From Nannocystales bacterium (lineage in GTDB: Bacteria; Myxococcota_A; Polyangia; Nannocystales; Nannocystaceae), in contig JBOEGF010000042.1 in assembly GCA_050633305.1 (NCBI GenBank), forward strand, positions 63,408 through 127,407: a stretch of DNA of 64,000 bases, given 5' to 3'. Made by a program: the position numbers and the translations under genes. This document shows, in pieces, positions 1 to 9,757 of the stretch; position 1 is the stretch's first letter, and every line of letters begins with the position of its first letter. Under the pieces are notes generated by a model, which was not told where the DNA came from, made no database searches, and worked only from the letters and a program-made list of their open reading frames with translations.

Positions 1-614
1 TCGCCATCGAGGTTGGCCTGCTCCAGCCCGATCACCTGCTCGGCCTCGCTCAGCACGACCGGAACGGCTTGGGCGGCCGCATCGGCTTCCACCAACGCCA
101 CAGCAACCGGGATGGAGCCCCCGTCGACATCAGCATCGGCCAACACCACCCTCTGCCCCTCGTCGTCGCGGCCCGCAATGCCTACGGCCCTGCCCGCCCC
201 TGCTCCTTGCCGGACCCAGGCCAACTCCAGTGCAACCTCTTCGGCGCATGGTTGTGGGATCGGGAGGGCCTCGCAATACGACCACGGCTCCCCTGGATCG
301 ACGCACTCCCCGAGTTCGCAGTCCTCATCGCCGTAGCACTCGATGCGATTGTCGGTGTCGCTGTAGTAGTCGGTGTCGTAGTAGCTGTCGCTGTACGAGT
401 CGTACGAGTCGTACGAGTCCTCGTAGGGGTCGTAGTAGCTGTCGTTTGGAGGGTCCGGTTCGGAGTCGGTGTCGGTCGGGAGAATCACCGTGTCCGTTCC
501 GTCCGTCTCAGCCCCATCCGTGTCCCCTGGAAGCACCACCGACGGGCCGCAACCTGCCGCAACCACCGCGGTCCCCGCTGCGCCCAGGTTCCAAAGCCAA
601 GTTTTCAAAGCCAT
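1..614 (-). CDS. Lipoprotein with Asp/Ser/Tyr-rich linker and Cys-rich motif, possibly FG-GAP-like (runs off the window start)
   Basis: Not in the ORF track because it has no stop in the window. Manual translation from ATG 614: MALKTWLWNLGAAGTAVVAAGC (lipobox), then DSYYDPYEDSYDSYDSYSDSYYDTDYYSDTD, ECYGDEDCELGECVD, ending ...ANLDG. Confidence 0.8.
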   Translation of the reverse strand, partial: MALKTWLWNLGAAGTAVVAAGCGPSVVLPGDTDGAETDGTDTVILPTDTDSEPDPPNDSYYDPYEDSYDSYDSYSDSYYDTDYYSDTDNRIECYGDEDCELGECVDPGEPWSYCEALPIPQPCAEEVALELAWVRQGAGAGRAVGIAGRDDEGQRVVLADADVDGGSIPVAVALVEADAAAQAVPVVLSEAEQVIGLEQANLDG

Positions 615-626
615 GGCTCGCGGTTG

Positions 627-642
627 TGCATTCTTTGTGCCA
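627..642 (-). promoter_or_regulatory. Putative sigma-54 -24/-12 promoter
   Basis: Minus strand TGGCACAAAGAATGCA (GG-N10-GC); conserved C is 14 nt upstream of ATG 614. Confidence 0.5.
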
Positions 643-731
643 CGCGCAGCCCCGTTGGATTCCAGGCATCCGGGCGCGAACATCCTCCGTTTCGCGACAC
701 GGATGTCGCAGTCGGAGCGGGATCCGCTGGA

Positions 732-1694
732 CTACAGACGGCTTGCCGAAATCGCCGACCAGTCCACGGGGTGGCAGGGCTCGTAGCCCAGCACGGTTGC
801 GGCCCGCGCACCGTCGGGTACGCCGCTGAAGTGAAAGCGCCCGGCGTTGAGGTCGTAGCGAAACTGGGTACCGCGTGTCAGCGAACGCAGGCGGTACAGC
901 GGCCTCAGCAAGGGTCCCGGCACCGGAAGCTCGAGCCTGTGCACCCGCTCGATCACGGCGGACAACGGAAGCGTATCGGCGCCCGGGATGTTGAAGACCC
1001 CCTGCGCGTCACACCGGGTCCCGGACACGAGCGCCTGTACCAAGTCCTCCACGGAAAGCAGGTTGAGCATCGGGTCGAAGCCCATCGGACGCATACAAAC
1101 CCGCGAGCGCAGGTAGTCGAACAGCTGGGACCCGCACTCGGGCGCGATGCACTCCGAGGTCCGGAGGACGGCGATCTGAAGCTCGCACATCCCCATGCGA
1201 GCGCAGACGGTGAGGTCCGCCTCGACCCGGTCCCGGAGCCACTGCGGCGCGCTGGGGGAGAAGTTCAGGGGGTGGTCTTCGGCGAACACGCTGGGCAGGT
1301 CGGTCCGGACGCCGTACACCTCGACGTGGCTGCGAAAGACGAAGCGGCGGATTGTCGGGTGCTGCTCCGCCTGCAACAACAACGATCGTGTGGATTCCAC
1401 GTTGATCGCGTGGACCTTGCTTCCCACATCGGAAGCGCTGCGATGGTGCGCCGCGTGAACGACTGTCTCAATCTCCAGGTCCCGAGCGGGGCCGTAGAGC
1501 AGCTCTCGCACGCCCCGCCCGCGACGAAGGTCCACGCGCTTGTAGGTGAGTCGCGCGTCGGCGGGAAGCTTCGACTGTGCCGCGGGCTCGATACCGACTG
1601 CGAGAACACGGGCGTCCTTGCTCGACTCCAGCAGGACCTCGACCAACCGTCGCCCCACGGGCGTCGTCGCCCCCGTGACCAGCACCCCAGTCAC
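732..1694 (-). CDS. NAD-dependent epimerase/dehydratase family protein
   Basis: N-terminal VLVTGATTPVG Rossmann-like motif, VVHAA, VYG; 4-nt overlap with upstream acyltransferase. Confidence 0.85.
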   Translation of the reverse strand: MTGVLVTGATTPVGRRLVEVLLESSKDARVLAVGIEPAAQSKLPADARLTYKRVDLRRGRGVRELLYGPARDLEIETVVHAAHHRSASDVGSKVHAINVESTRSLLLQAEQHPTIRRFVFRSHVEVYGVRTDLPSVFAEDHPLNFSPSAPQWLRDRVEADLTVCARMGMCELQIAVLRTSECIAPECGSQLFDYLRSRVCMRPMGFDPMLNLLSVEDLVQALVSGTRCDAQGVFNIPGADTLPLSAVIERVHRLELPVPGPLLRPLYRLRSLTRGTQFRYDLNAGRFHFSGVPDGARAATVLGYEPCHPVDWSAISASRL

Positions 1695-2536
1695 GAGAAC
1701 ACCCCTTGGCGCATCCGGAGCCCGCGCTCGATCAACGCTTCAACGGCGTCGTGCACCCGACCTGCCGCCTCACGAAGCACCTCGGGGTCGCTTGCGCGCT
1801 CCGGCGGGTAGTCGTCAAACAGCGCGATGGGCTCCCCGTAGTGCAGGTGAAAGCGCGTCGGCATCGGCAGCGGGGTGGCCGGAACCGGAAGATAGGGGAC
1901 GCCAAACGCCCCCAGCCCCTTGATCTTCATCGCCTGGGGCCACGCCTCCTCGGCACCGATCACGGCGGAGGGCAGGACCAGAGCGCGGTGACGAATCGCG
2001 AGTTCAGCGTGCCCCACGGTCCATCGTTGGAGTTGGTATCGCTTGGCGTACGCCTTGCCGATGCCCCGCACCCCTTCGGGGAAGATCAGCAGAAGCTCGC
2101 CAGCGTCGAGCGCCGCATGCACATTGCCACGGCTGCCCGCGATCATCCCTCCGCGGCAGAAGACCGTGTTGATGAACGGGAGCGCCGGGACGAAGAAGTC
2201 CGCCACCGGTCGGCCAGCTCGAGGCGGGCTCGTGTTCATCAGGATGTCCGACCACAGCATGAACCCGTCGATCGGCAGCGTGCCCGAATGGTTCGCCACC
2301 ACGATGGTCGCCCCCGACGTGGGGATATTCTCGGTGCCGTACGACTTGACCCGAAAGTAGTGGTCGTGGAGGTGCCGAAACAGCGACAGACCAACCCCGA
2401 CGCCCTGCGGGCTCATCCCAAAGCGGTCAAAGCCGTGTCCCGCATCGTCGACCTTCACCTTGTCGACGTGCTCTTGCTGCTCCCGTGTCAGGACCGACGA
2501 CATGAGCCGCCGCGCGAGCTTGTTCCGCCACGACAT
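1691..2536 (-). CDS. Lysophospholipid acyltransferase (PlsC-like)
   Basis: NHSGTLPID (HxxxxD) and FPEG motifs; start taken at ATG 2536 (uncertain). Confidence 0.9.
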   Translation of the reverse strand: MSWRNKLARRLMSSVLTREQQEHVDKVKVDDAGHGFDRFGMSPQGVGVGLSLFRHLHDHYFRVKSYGTENIPTSGATIVVANHSGTLPIDGFMLWSDILMNTSPPRAGRPVADFFVPALPFINTVFCRGGMIAGSRGNVHAALDAGELLLIFPEGVRGIGKAYAKRYQLQRWTVGHAELAIRHRALVLPSAVIGAEEAWPQAMKIKGLGAFGVPYLPVPATPLPMPTRFHLHYGEPIALFDDYPPERASDPEVLREAAGRVHDAVEALIERGLRMRQGVFS

Positions 2537-2647
2537 GAGCAACGATGCCACCACGAAACGGCGCCGCACCCCGCGAAAATGCTGCGTTCAAGTGGCGTCA
2601 GCCGCATCCACAACCCGCGCCCGCCAGGGCGAACACGAGGCCTCGCT

Positions 2648-3457
2648 TCATGCGACCGCGCCGCCCAACAACCCCTCGATCACGCGCACGACCTCCGCGC
2701 GCTTCCCCGCGTCCAGGGCATCGGGATGCGGCGGCCCGAAGCGCTTCGCGTCGTTGTCGTAGTACTTGCCCGAAACGTCCGAAAACTCGTCGGAGAGCGA
2801 CGCGCGTACGAGGATGTCCGCGCCGATCGAGATGTCGTTGCCATCCACACCGAACCCCGACTTGACCATCTTGGTACCGAGCAAGGACGCAGGGTTGACG
2901 GCCACGACCACCGGTCCTTCCGGCCCGAGTTCATCGGCAAGCTGGCGCGACCACATCGTGATCGCGAGTTTGCTCTGTGCATAGGCCTCCATGTCGGTCA
3001 GCGACCCCCGTCCGGCCATGGCTTCGAGGCTCACCGGCGCCTGCGCTGCCGAGGAGAGGTTGACCACGCGCGCGCGACCGTTCATCAGGCCAAGCAAGCG
3101 CCTCGTCAACAGGTAGGGCGCGAGTGTGTTCACCACAAAACGGAGGTCGAGCCCCGCTGCGGTGGTCGTCGAGGGCGCCTTGAGGACCCCCGCGTTGTTG
3201 ATGAGGACATCGAGCTGCTGGTGCTTGTCGATGACAGCCTTCGCCATCGCCTCGACCGCCTCGAGGTTGGAGAGGTCCGCCACGTAGCTCTCGGCCGCCT
3301 CGGCACCGGGCACCTCGGCCAGGTCCGCGACAACCTTCGCAAGTTTGTCCGGGTTGCGACCGTGCAGCAGCAGGTGGTGTCCGTCAGCCGCGAGCATGCG
3401 GGCCGTCTGTAGCCCGATACCGTCGGTCGCTCCGGTGAGGAGGATCGTCTTCTTCAT
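2648..3457 (-). CDS. Short-chain dehydrogenase/reductase
   Basis: TGATDGIG, NNAG, YAQSK (YxxxK). Confidence 0.92.
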   Translation of the reverse strand: MKKTILLTGATDGIGLQTARMLAADGHHLLLHGRNPDKLAKVVADLAEVPGAEAAESYVADLSNLEAVEAMAKAVIDKHQQLDVLINNAGVLKAPSTTTAAGLDLRFVVNTLAPYLLTRRLLGLMNGRARVVNLSSAAQAPVSLEAMAGRGSLTDMEAYAQSKLAITMWSRQLADELGPEGPVVVAVNPASLLGTKMVKSGFGVDGNDISIGADILVRASLSDEFSDVSGKYYDNDAKRFGPPHPDALDAGKRAEVVRVIEGLLGGAVA

Positions 3458-3475
3458 GGTGATGTCCTGGTCTCG

Positions 3476-4444
3476 TCAGGTTGAGAATTCGGGCAGGAGT
3501 TCGTCTGCCAGGCACAGCAGTGTGCTTTGCATGTCCGCTCGGTTGAATCGGAGGTTCAGCGCGACGTGGTTGACGCCGACCAACTCGAGGCGCTGTAGAT
3601 GCGATCGCAGGCTCGCGACGCCGGTGCGAAGCCCGAGATGGATCGGCTGGGCAGGGGCTTCCGGGTCCTCCAACAAGTCGACGTACAGCGGTTGCATCAC
3701 CGGCCGGCCCGGACCCCCGTTCGCTTGGATCCGACCGCGCCAGTCATCGATGATCCCCGCCTGCGCGGAAGGTGTACGCGGGTACAGCATCCACCCGTCG
3801 CCGTTGCTCGCGAGCCACGCCGGGTCCTGCTGGCTCCCTCCGGTGATCAGCAGGGGGAGCCTGCCCGAGGCCGGCTTGGGCAGCATGTCGATGTCGCCGG
3901 CGGGGCTCCCGAACACGTTCTCAAACGCCGGGACCTTCTCTCCCATGCGCTGAATGTACGAAAAGCTCTCTCGAAACAGGTCGCCGCGCTGCCCGAACGG
4001 GACGCCCAGCGCCGGATACTCCTGCGGTCGGTCGCCCGAGGCGACGCCCAGGATCACCCGCCCCCCCGAGAGCACATCTGCGCTGGCGGCCGCCTTGGCG
4101 ACATGGGCGGGGTGGCGTAGCGGCAGAACGACGCTGGCCGCACCCAACGCGATCTGTTCGGTGTGCGCCGCGAGAAAGCCCAAGTAGACGAACGGGTCGA
4201 AGAGCTGCCCAGCATCCCCAAACAACGGGACGTTGAACGGAACGTCTCGCAACCACAGTGCGGAAAACCCCAACGTGTCGGCCAACCGCGCCCGTGCGAG
4301 GTGATGCTCCATCGTCGGCACCGGGCCTGCGTCGTACCGCTCCAGCGGCAGGACCAACCCAAGACTGAGACGCCCGGGATGAAAGACCGAGTTGTAGCCT
4401 CGGTTGATCGCCCGGAAGCCGGGAAGCTGCAGCTTCTTGCTCAT
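3476..4444 (-). CDS. LLM class (luciferase-like) flavin-dependent oxidoreductase
   Basis: ALWLRDVP...DAGQLFDPFVYLG, LGVASGDRPQEYPA; start at MSKKL (4444). Confidence 0.9.
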   Translation of the reverse strand: MSKKLQLPGFRAINRGYNSVFHPGRLSLGLVLPLERYDAGPVPTMEHHLARARLADTLGFSALWLRDVPFNVPLFGDAGQLFDPFVYLGFLAAHTEQIALGAASVVLPLRHPAHVAKAAASADVLSGGRVILGVASGDRPQEYPALGVPFGQRGDLFRESFSYIQRMGEKVPAFENVFGSPAGDIDMLPKPASGRLPLLITGGSQQDPAWLASNGDGWMLYPRTPSAQAGIIDDWRGRIQANGGPGRPVMQPLYVDLLEDPEAPAQPIHLGLRTGVASLRSHLQRLELVGVNHVALNLRFNRADMQSTLLCLADELLPEFST

Positions 4445-4448
4445 GGCC

Positions 4449-5462
4449 TTACTCGCCAAACCCCGCGAGCACGGCCTTGCCTCGGCCACCGCCCTTCTCG
4501 AGCAACGCGTGTCCGCGGCGGAGGTTCTCGGCGCTGATCGGTCCCAACAGCTGGGTCATCGTCGTACGCAGGACCCCTGCGTCGACAAGACCCGCCACCT
4601 CGGCAAGGAGTCTTCCCTGCGCGTTCATGTCGGGTGTGTTGAACATGGACCGCGTGAACATGAGCTCCCAGTGCAGCGAAAGGCTGCGCAGCTTCATCGG
4701 CGAGATGTCGAGCGAAGGAGGGTCATCGATCAGCGCAAGGTGACCGAAGGGCGCCAACAACTCGACGAACTGCGGGAAGTAGACGTCGGTGTGGGTCAAG
4801 CTCGCCACGTGGGTGACCGCCGGAATGCCCAGTTCGGCCAACTGCGGCCCAAGTGGCTCGTGATAGTCGACCACGTGGTGTGCGCCCAGGCTCGTCACCC
4901 ACGCGCGACTCTCCGCCCGGCCCGCAGTCGCGACAACGGTGACCCCGGTCAAGCGCGAGGCGAGCTGCAGCAGGATCGAGCCCACACCCCCCGCCGCTCC
5001 CGAGACCAGAAGCACCTGGCCCGTCGGGGTTTTCCCCGGTTTGATCGCGAGGCGTTCGAAGAGGAGCTCCCACGCGGTGATGGCGGTCAGGGGCAACGCC
5101 GCCGCCTCCGCATCGGAGAGCGAGGTTGGGGCTCGCGACACGATGCGCGCATCCACGCACTGAAGCTCGGCGTTGGACCCCGCTCGGTTCAGGTCCCCCG
5201 CGTACCAAACCCGATCGCCGGGCTCGAAGCCCTTCACCGATGCGCCCACCGACACGACCTCACCGACCGCATCCCACCCGAGCACCCGAGGCGTCTGCGG
5301 GGTCACCCCTTGCCGGATCTTGTAGTCCACAGGGTTGACGGAGACCGCTCCCACACGAACCAGGAGGTCATCGGGCCCGGGCTTCGGGTCCGGGAGCTGC
5401 ATCTCGAACAGCGATTCGGGGTGTTCAATCTGCTGCGGCTCTTTGTAAACGATGGCTTTCAT
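4449..5462 (-). CDS. Zinc-binding alcohol dehydrogenase family / quinone oxidoreductase-like MDR
   Basis: SVNPVDYK, LGWDAVG, GAAGGVG, LHWELMFTRS. Confidence 0.92.
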   Translation of the reverse strand: MKAIVYKEPQQIEHPESLFEMQLPDPKPGPDDLLVRVGAVSVNPVDYKIRQGVTPQTPRVLGWDAVGEVVSVGASVKGFEPGDRVWYAGDLNRAGSNAELQCVDARIVSRAPTSLSDAEAAALPLTAITAWELLFERLAIKPGKTPTGQVLLVSGAAGGVGSILLQLASRLTGVTVVATAGRAESRAWVTSLGAHHVVDYHEPLGPQLAELGIPAVTHVASLTHTDVYFPQFVELLAPFGHLALIDDPPSLDISPMKLRSLSLHWELMFTRSMFNTPDMNAQGRLLAEVAGLVDAGVLRTTMTQLLGPISAENLRRGHALLEKGGGRGKAVLAGFGE

Positions 5463-5526
5463 GGCGGGCTCCGTTGTTTCGCGTTCTTTGTAGGACTCGG
5501 TTGGGCCTCGGGACAGCCAGAGTCGC

Positions 5527-5556
5527 TTGCAAGTCTTTCAACGGATGATTGATAAT
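5527..5556 (+). promoter_or_regulatory. Putative LysR promoter overlapping an inverted repeat (LysR box)
   Basis: TTGCAA (5527-32) and GATAAT (5551-56), 6 nt before GTG 5563; TCAA-N7-TTGA dyad at 5538-5552 in the divergent intergenic region. Confidence 0.45.
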
Positions 5557-5562
5557 CGTCCG

Positions 5563-6489
5563 GTGAAGGTCCACGAGATGGAGCTGCTGGTTCGGGTTGC
5601 GCAGACAGGCTCCATGACGCTCGCGGCGCGGCAGCTGCACCTCACCCCCGCGGCCGTCAGTGCTGCGGTGCAACGGATCGAGAACGCGATCGGTGTGCGT
5701 CTCTTCGAGCGTACGACCCGGTCTCTGCACCCCACGGATGAAGGACGCGTCGTCGTTGAAGGGTGCAAGGAGGTGGCGGATGTGTGGCAACGGACGCTCG
5801 ATGACGCCCGCGGCCGACGGACCGAACTCGAAGGCGTGGTGCACATCTCGGCGCCGGCGGATACGACCTACGAGGTCCTCGAGTCGCTCACGGCCGAGCT
5901 GTGCCGCGCGCACCCCAAGTTGCAGGTGGTCCTGCATACCGGCGACGCCATCCACCATCTGCAACGCGATGCGATCGACATGGCGATCCGCTATGGGCCG
6001 CTGCAGGACAGCACCCTCACCGCGCGAAAGCTGGCGAAGGTTCCGAACGTGCTGGTCGCCTCGCCCGAGTACCTCGAGACCCGAGGAAGCCCGAGCACTC
6101 CCGAAGAGCTGCCGGAGCACCGCTGCTTGACGTTGCAGCTCTCGAGCGTCCCGGTGCTGTCGTGGCAGCTCCACCGCGAGGACGAAGTGCACAGTATCGA
6201 GTTGGTCAGCCCCTTGTGCGGCGACGGGTACCTCGCTCGTCGGTGGGCCGTCGCGGGAATGGGCATCGCGCTCAAGAGCCTCTTCGACGTCATCGACGAC
6301 CTGGAGTCCGGTCGGTTACTCCAGGTTCTTCCCGACTACATCGGCGACTCGATGCCGATTCACGCGGTCTTCCCCAGCCGCCGTTTCCAACGCGCCCGGG
6401 TTCGAGCTCTGTACGCAGCGATCGCACCGCACTTCGAACGACGGGTCGCCCGATGTACGGCGTGGCGGTCGCGCTCCCTGACTTCGTAG
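5563..6489 (+). CDS. LysR family transcriptional regulator
   Basis: GSMTLAARQLHLTPAAVS...LFERTTR HTH; divergent from the oxidoreductase operon. Confidence 0.93.
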   Translation: MKVHEMELLVRVAQTGSMTLAARQLHLTPAAVSAAVQRIENAIGVRLFERTTRSLHPTDEGRVVVEGCKEVADVWQRTLDDARGRRTELEGVVHISAPADTTYEVLESLTAELCRAHPKLQVVLHTGDAIHHLQRDAIDMAIRYGPLQDSTLTARKLAKVPNVLVASPEYLETRGSPSTPEELPEHRCLTLQLSSVPVLSWQLHREDEVHSIELVSPLCGDGYLARRWAVAGMGIALKSLFDVIDDLESGRLLQVLPDYIGDSMPIHAVFPSRRFQRARVRALYAAIAPHFERRVARCTAWRSRSLTS

Positions 6490-6573
6490 TCGCGCCGGGT
6501 GGCTTTCTCCCGGCACGACCGGGAACTCTCAGGACGGCTCGTTGTCGTACGACCGCGGCTCGCAGCCTCCCCC

Positions 6574-8679
6574 ATGTCCACACTCGCATTGTCCCTAGTT
6601 CTCTGTATGGCCGCACCGACGAAGTCGGCCAAGGTTCTGCCACTGAGTCGTTTGCGCCTCTACGAGACGGGCGTGGGGTACTTCGAACGCCGCGGTCGGG
6701 TGAACAAGAACGACCGGCTCGCCCTTCCCGTCCCCACGGCGCACTTGGACGACGCACTCAAGACTCTCGTGGTCCTCGATGGCGGAACCGGGGCCCGGGT
6801 GGGTGGCATCGCGTTCTCCACCGCGGTCAGTGAGGGGATGGCGCGTGCCATGGCGGGGCTCCCGGACGAATCCGACGGAGTCGGGTATTCCGACCTCCTG
6901 CATAGCCTCGAAGGCACCAGGGTCATCGTGAGCGCAGCCGGGGGCAAGGTGACGGGCAGATTGATCGATGTTGAAGGACCGTTTGGCGAACGCGCGCCGC
7001 GGGAGGGAGAAGCGCCCCCCAAGGGTCCACCGCCAGCGCCGGAGTACAATCTTCTTGTCCTCGGCAACGACGGAAGCCTGCGCCGCCTGTCGACCAAGGA
7101 CATCTCCGGCGTTCAGCCAGCCGAGTCTGCAGCGGCGGACCGATTGGATGTCGCTGCGGAAGCGCTGTCGGACCACACTGCCCGAACAACCCAGAAGCTC
7201 GGCGTACGCGTCGAAGCTGGCGGCAAACTCGGGTTGGGCTACGTCGCCGAGTCGCCGGTCTGGCGGACGAGCTACCGCGTCGTCCTTGGGACCGGGGACA
7301 AACGTGGCGCGCTGCAAGGGTGGGCGCTGGTACACAACGATACCGACGAGGACTGGAAGAACGTCGACATCGAGCTGGTCAACGGTCGCCCCGCCTCGTT
7401 CCTGTTCCCGTTGGCAGCCCCTCGCTACGCACGGCGCGAACTCATCGAGCCGCAGGAGCAGCTCTCGACCGTCCCACAGCTGGCCAAGACGACCCCGGAT
7501 CGGATGTGGCTCGACGGAGAGCTCGGCGAGAGCTTCGGCATCGGTGGTCTCGGCATGGTCGGCACGGGGCGCGGCGGAGGTGGGAGCTCAGAGGGAACGA
7601 TCGCCCTAGGCAACGTGGGCATCACGGGCAAGGGCGGTGGTTTCGGGAGCGTGGGGATCGGCGACTTGGCCGAACTCACCCAGGCCAACACGGAAGCCCA
7701 AGGCGCGCTCTTCGTCTATGGCGTCTCCGACCCGGTCGACCTCCAGGCACATCACTCGGCCTTGTTGCCGATCGTATCCGAGGACATCGAGGCCGAGTCG
7801 ATCACGTGGTTCTCGCGGGGCGAGCACGACGGCCTCACGAGCGTGCGACTGGTCAACACCACCAAGCAGACGCTCCCCGGCGGCACGGTGTCGTTCTTCT
7901 CCGCTGGCGGGTTTGTCGGGGAGACGATGCTGAGTCGGCTGGGTCCGGGCGAGCGCCGATTCGTGGTCTACGGCGCAGAGCTCGACGTCGAGCTCTCGCG
8001 AAACACCACCGCGGTGGGCGAGTCGACGAAGGACGTGAGGTACACCGGGGAAGAGCTGCGGGAGTTGTATGTGGCCCGCTCCGACGTACACCTCAACGTC
8101 GACAACCGCAGCCGCCGCTCGCAGCGAGTCTACGTAGGCTTGGACATCTCTCGGAATTCGAAGTTGTCCGCACTCGATCAGGACATCGAGCTCGACTACG
8201 ATCTGCAGTCCGGGACCCCGCTGGTCGCCATGACCGTGCCCGCCGGAGAGGCGGGCGTTCATGTCGTCCGTTCGGAGACCGCGGGGTCTCGCACGCACGC
8301 GGTCAATGCGGCCTCGCTGGACGCGCTCTCAAAACGCGAAGGTGTCCCAAGCGCCGACCGGAAAATCCTGTTGGACGCATTGGCCTTTCATCAGACTGCG
8401 GACCGCCATCGCGCCGCGGCAGAGCAGGCCAAGCAGAAGCTGGACGATGCAACCGCGGACTTGCTGCGCATTCGCGAGGACCTCACCGCGCTCGGGGACG
8501 CTGGGGTACGGGGTCGTCTCCGCGACAAGCTCAGCCGCCAAATCCTCGAGAAAGAGACAGCGATCGTCGAACTTCGTACACAACGCCGCGCGTCCTTCCG
8601 TGCGATGAGAACAGCGAGCCGCCAGGCCGGCGAGGCGCTTCAGGGTCTCGAGACACAACAAAGCGCCACCGAACCCTGA
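6574..8679 (+). CDS. DUF4139-type exported protein with C-terminal coiled coil
   Basis: Signal peptide; RLRLYETGVGYFER, LDDALKTL, PVWRTSYR, LQGWALVHNDTDEDW, LVNGRP motifs. Confidence 0.75.
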   Translation: MSTLALSLVLCMAAPTKSAKVLPLSRLRLYETGVGYFERRGRVNKNDRLALPVPTAHLDDALKTLVVLDGGTGARVGGIAFSTAVSEGMARAMAGLPDESDGVGYSDLLHSLEGTRVIVSAAGGKVTGRLIDVEGPFGERAPREGEAPPKGPPPAPEYNLLVLGNDGSLRRLSTKDISGVQPAESAAADRLDVAAEALSDHTARTTQKLGVRVEAGGKLGLGYVAESPVWRTSYRVVLGTGDKRGALQGWALVHNDTDEDWKNVDIELVNGRPASFLFPLAAPRYARRELIEPQEQLSTVPQLAKTTPDRMWLDGELGESFGIGGLGMVGTGRGGGGSSEGTIALGNVGITGKGGGFGSVGIGDLAELTQANTEAQGALFVYGVSDPVDLQAHHSALLPIVSEDIEAESITWFSRGEHDGLTSVRLVNTTKQTLPGGTVSFFSAGGFVGETMLSRLGPGERRFVVYGAELDVELSRNTTAVGESTKDVRYTGEELRELYVARSDVHLNVDNRSRRSQRVYVGLDISRNSKLSALDQDIELDYDLQSGTPLVAMTVPAGEAGVHVVRSETAGSRTHAVNAASLDALSKREGVPSADRKILLDALAFHQTADRHRAAAEQAKQKLDDATADLLRIREDLTALGDAGVRGRLRDKLSRQILEKETAIVELRTQRRASFRAMRTASRQAGEALQGLETQQSATEP

Positions 8680-8764
8680 CGCCATCCGGCCCCCCGGTTC
8701 AGCAATCGTGCCAGTGGCGCATCTTCTCATTCCGGGAAAGTCAGAATAGACTTTCGATGGGTCT

Positions 8765-9235
8765 ATGCATCGTCTCTCCACCTTGAGGTTCACGCGACTG
8801 GGCCGGGTCATCGTGCTCGTTCACGGTAAAGCGCCACCCTCCGGGCCGGACTGGACGAAGTACCTCGAGACGGCGTGGAGCTACGACGCGGTCGTCCCCG
8901 ACATCCGCACCCTCGTCCTGACCGACGGTGGAGGCCCCGATACCCTGCAGCGGGGTAGTCTGACCACCCGAGTGCAGCGGTACGGTCCAGGCGCCTCGGC
9001 GGTGGTGAGTGGAACACGGAAGGTGCGCTTGACCGTCACCGCACTGAGCTGGTTCTTCTCGAACATCAAGTTCTTCGGCCCCGACGAACTGACGCGTGCC
9101 CTCGGCTTCTTGGAGCTCGAGGAGAAGGAGCAGAGCCGGGCGATCGATGCGGCGCTGCACCTGCTGGGCGACGGGTTGGAGTTCGACTGGAAACCGCGGC
9201 TCCTCGCGACCAAACAGGCCCGCGCGGAAGCCTGA
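8765..9235 (+). CDS. Hypothetical protein (small STAS/SEC14-like family)
   Basis: TLVLTDGGGP..QR motif with alpha/beta pattern; GC3-biased frame. Confidence 0.6.
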   Translation: MHRLSTLRFTRLGRVIVLVHGKAPPSGPDWTKYLETAWSYDAVVPDIRTLVLTDGGGPDTLQRGSLTTRVQRYGPGASAVVSGTRKVRLTVTALSWFFSNIKFFGPDELTRALGFLELEEKEQSRAIDAALHLLGDGLEFDWKPRLLATKQARAEA

Positions 9236-9263
9236 GCTGCGAAACGGCCCCGACCGTTTGGCG

Positions 9264-9605
9264 TCACGCGACCGCGGAGAATTGTCCGTCGCGGATCTGA
9301 TCGATCAACCTGCGTACGACCTCGGCCCGCCGTCGACTGCCCGCGCGCCGATGTAGGTATCGACCCTGCTGGAGGGCATCGATGGCTGCGTCAATCTTTC
9401 CACTACGCTTCAGCTGCACACCCAGTCGCACCCATGCGGCCGGTGAACTGTCGCGGCTGGCCAGCTGGCGCAGGGCCTGTATCGCCTTGCGGTGCTCACC
9501 ACGTCGAACGAGCACTTTGCACCGATGTGCGAGCAGGTCGGTCGGCGGGGCGGAATCTCCGCGAGAGCCCCTCCTACGTCGACGTGCTGACACCCGGCTT
9601 GCCAT
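9264..9605 (-). CDS. Small basic TPR protein
   Basis: AAWVRLGVQLKRSGKIDAAIDALQQG TPR-like helix pair. Confidence 0.7.
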   Translation of the reverse strand: MASRVSARRRRRGSRGDSAPPTDLLAHRCKVLVRRGEHRKAIQALRQLASRDSSPAAWVRLGVQLKRSGKIDAAIDALQQGRYLHRRAGSRRRAEVVRRLIDQIRDGQFSAVA

Positions 9606-9617
9606 GGTGCCCCTTGA

Positions 9618-9633
9618 AGCAAGCGACGATCCA
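9618..9633 (-). promoter_or_regulatory. Putative sigma-54 -24/-12 promoter
   Basis: Minus strand TGGATCGTCGCTTGCT (GG-N10-GC); conserved C is 14 nt upstream of ATG 9605. Confidence 0.45.
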
Positions 9634-9757
9634 ATGCCTAGGGGGGCGGATGCGCGCCCAGACCCGTCCCAGGACGCTACGCAAGACAGCCTCCGCCACC
9701 TGGGTCACGGCGACCGGCACGACCGACTGTTCGGAGTCTCGAGCACGTCCCACGCGT

